Part shown: positions 15,243 through 17,204 of the stretch, in pieces
How positions within the stretch are numbered: position 1 is the first letter of the stretch
Layout: every line of letters starts with the position of its first letter
Assembly: GCA_031459535.1 (NCBI GenBank)
Contig: JAVKIJ010000071.1
Location: forward strand, 1-17,204
Reading direction: 5' to 3'
Length of the DNA: 17,204 nucleotides
DNA from: Candidatus Fervidifonticultor quintus
GTDB taxonomy: Bacteria; Sysuimicrobiota; Sysuimicrobiia; Sysuimicrobiales; Humicultoraceae
Made by a program: the position numbers and the translations under genes
The notes under the pieces: generated by a model
Databases searched by the model: none
Told to the model about the DNA's origin: nothing
What the model saw: only the letters and a program-made list of their open reading frames with translations

Positions 15243-16544
15243 ATGGTTGATCTCCTGGTGGTCAGAGCGGGTGAGCTCGTGACCTGTCGCACCGCGCCTG
15301 GCGGGGCGGTGGGTGAGGCGCTGCGCCGGCTCGAGGTCATCACCGACGGCGCCGTCGCCATAGACCGGGGCCGCGTGGTGGCCGTCGGCTCGACCAGGCC
15401 GCTGCGGCGTTGCTTCCCCGCGCGGCGCGTGCTCGACGCGGCGGGCCGCCTGGTCTCGCCGGGCCTCATTGACCCGCACTCGCACCTGGTCTTCGCCGGT
15501 TCCCGCCACCACGAGTACGAGACGATCATCACCGGCCGGTCCGAACCCGGTCAACGGCTGGAAGGCGGCATCCACTACACCGTCCGCCAGACCCGTCGCG
15601 CCACCGCGGCCCGCCTACGCGCACAGGCCCTGGCCGACCTGGACCTCATGCTCACCCACGGCACGACGATGGTAGAGATCAAGAGCGGCTACGGGCTGGA
15701 CGTGCCCAGCGAACTCAAGCTGCTGCGCGTCATCGCCAGCCTGCGCCATCCGATAGATGTCGTCGCGACGTTCATGGCCGCCCACGTCGTGCCCCCGGAG
15801 TACGCGGCCCGCCGCGGCGCCTACGTTGACCTCGTGGTGCGCCTGCTCCCGCGCGCCCGGCGCTACGCGGAGTACTGCGACATGTGGTGCGATACGGCGG
15901 CGTTCACCGAGGCCGAATGCCTGCGGATCGCCTCGGCTGCCGTGCGCCTTGGCTACCGGTTGAAGGTCCACGCGGACCAGGTCGCACCGACCGGCGGTGC
16001 CGAGCTGGCCGCCCGGCTCGGGGCCACCTCGGCGGACCACCTGGACTACATCAGCGCCCGGGGGATCCGCGCCATGGCCGCGCGCCGCACGGTCGGCGTG
16101 CTCCTGCCCGGCGTCACCTACCACCTGGCGGAGATGACCCCCAGGGTCGAGCGCCGCCGGCTGCGGCCCCCAGCGAAACCGCACTGGCCGCTGCTGGTGC
16201 GCCGCATGATCGCCGCCGGCATGCGGCTCGCGCTGGCCGCGGACTACAACCCCGGCACGTCACCTACGCCGTCCATGCAGACCGTCATGCAGCTCGCGGC
16301 CCGGCTCTACCGGCTGGGGTACGCCGAGATCTGGCACATGAGCACCATCAACGCGGCCTATGCCCTCGACCGGGGCGACGATCGGGGCAGCCTGGAGCCC
16401 GGCAAGCGCGCCGACCTGGTGATCTGGCGCGTGCCGGAACACGGCATGGTCATCAACCGGTTCGGGGTCAATCTGGTCGACACGGTGATCAAGGACGGCC
16501 GCCTAGTGGTGGAGGACGGCCGCCGGATCCATCGGCCTGCCTAG
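15243..16544 (+). CDS. hutI: Imidazolonepropionase (HutI)-like amidohydrolase
   Basis: PGLIDPHSHLVFAGSR, GTTMVEIKSGYGL, AH, KVHADQ, SADHL, DYNPGTSP and GKRADL motifs. Confidence 0.8.
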   Translation: MVDLLVVRAGELVTCRTAPGGAVGEALRRLEVITDGAVAIDRGRVVAVGSTRPLRRCFPARRVLDAAGRLVSPGLIDPHSHLVFAGSRHHEYETIITGRSEPGQRLEGGIHYTVRQTRRATAARLRAQALADLDLMLTHGTTMVEIKSGYGLDVPSELKLLRVIASLRHPIDVVATFMAAHVVPPEYAARRGAYVDLVVRLLPRARRYAEYCDMWCDTAAFTEAECLRIASAAVRLGYRLKVHADQVAPTGGAELAARLGATSADHLDYISARGIRAMAARRTVGVLLPGVTYHLAEMTPRVERRRLRPPAKPHWPLLVRRMIAAGMRLALAADYNPGTSPTPSMQTVMQLAARLYRLGYAEIWHMSTINAAYALDRGDDRGSLEPGKRADLVIWRVPEHGMVINRFGVNLVDTVIKDGRLVVEDGRRIHRPA

Positions 16545-17068
16545 GCCGCCTTCCACGCGCCCAGCAGGCGCCGTACGACGATCAACTGACCGATGTGGTA
16601 GGCGTTGTGGTCGGCCACCAGCAGCGCCTCGCGCAGGATCGTCTGGCCCTGGCCCCACGGGATCTTCGCGTAGAGGTCGGTCCGGGGGTTGCGCACCAGC
16701 GCCATCATCGCCCCATGATCGCGGCGGAAGGCCCGGACACTGTTGCCCCACGCCCGGTCCGTGGGCGGCTCGGGACTTCGGGGCCAGTACTCGTCGGGCC
16801 ACTTCCTGTGCACGTAGCCGGGGTTGCGGCTGAAGTCGAGGATGTCCCACTGCGCGATCCGCATATGCTCGAGCAGCTCCCACGGCGAGTACGGGAGACC
16901 GGCGGGCCGCTTGCCGCGCAGCGCCGCCGGCAGCCCCGATGTGGCACGGTCGAAGGACGCATGGGCGTCGCCCCCGCCCAGCAGCCACAACAGGTGCTTG
17001 CGAACGGCTCGCCCATCGCTGGCGGGCGGTCGCGCCTTGGATACTGAGGTCTTGGGCATCACGCTCAC
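16541..17068 (-). CDS. DinB/YfiT-family protein (putative thiol S-transferase)
   Basis: SPWELLEHMRIAQWDIL and ADHNAYHIGQ metal-binding histidines. The start may be ATG 17059. It shares the CTAG stop (16541-16544) with hutI. Confidence 0.88.
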   Translation of the reverse strand: MSVMPKTSVSKARPPASDGRAVRKHLLWLLGGGDAHASFDRATSGLPAALRGKRPAGLPYSPWELLEHMRIAQWDILDFSRNPGYVHRKWPDEYWPRSPEPPTDRAWGNSVRAFRRDHGAMMALVRNPRTDLYAKIPWGQGQTILREALLVADHNAYHIGQLIVVRRLLGAWKAA

Positions 17069-17114
17069 CTGCCTTCTCTAGCAGGATGCTGAAAAACGCT
17101 CCATATCTTGTGGC

Positions 17115-17143
17115 TTCACAAAGTGCACGCCTCTGCGTATAGT
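17115..17143 (+). promoter_or_regulatory. Sigma70-type promoter for the ORF starting at 17192
   Basis: TTCACA (17115-17120), 17 bp, TATAGT (17138-17143). Each box matches consensus at 5 of 6 positions. Confidence 0.7.
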
Positions 17144-17191
17144 CTGGTCAAAGCGCAGCCGCTAACGATCTCTTCGAAGGAGCAGACGACG

Positions 17192-17204
17192 ATGCGTGGA
17201 GATA
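17192..17204 (+). CDS. Start of a gene running off the window, possibly a transposase
   Basis: AAGGAG at 17177-17182 and ATG 17192. Only four codons (MRGD) are visible. Confidence 0.45.

Larger units (their letters stand above)
17078..17204 (+). mobile_element. Probable left end of an IS5/IS1182-like insertion sequence
   Basis: CTAG followed by CAGGATGCTGAAAAA resembles terminal repeats of CTAG/TA-targeting IS5-like elements. GC content drops abruptly. An internal promoter and AAGGAG RBS precede ATG CGT GGA GAT (MRGD). Confidence 0.6.

Overview
High-GC bacterial window. Bases 667-10361 are a surface-polysaccharide/nucleotide-sugar locus on the + strand. It carries a GT4 glycosyltransferase, three extended-SDR epimerase/decarboxylase genes (two broken by single-base homopolymer frameshifts), a UDP-HexNAc dehydrogenase, and a WecA/MraY-type transferase fused to a CapD/WbpM-like N-terminal region. 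The locus is flanked and interrupted by small minus-strand toxin-antitoxin or nuclease modules: AbrB-VapC, HEPN-MNT, and a decayed cluster made of a Phd-like fragment, an internally deleted VapC with an intact RHH antitoxin, and an internally deleted Uma2. Next come a coiled-coil repeat protein with a nuclease-like C-terminus and a Dpp/Opp-type ABC operon lacking ATPase genes. That operon is divergent from a small zinc-ribbon gene and a HutI-like amidohydrolase. The window ends with a DinB-family gene and the probable left end of an IS5/IS1182-like element. All family calls come from motif recognition, not database searches.
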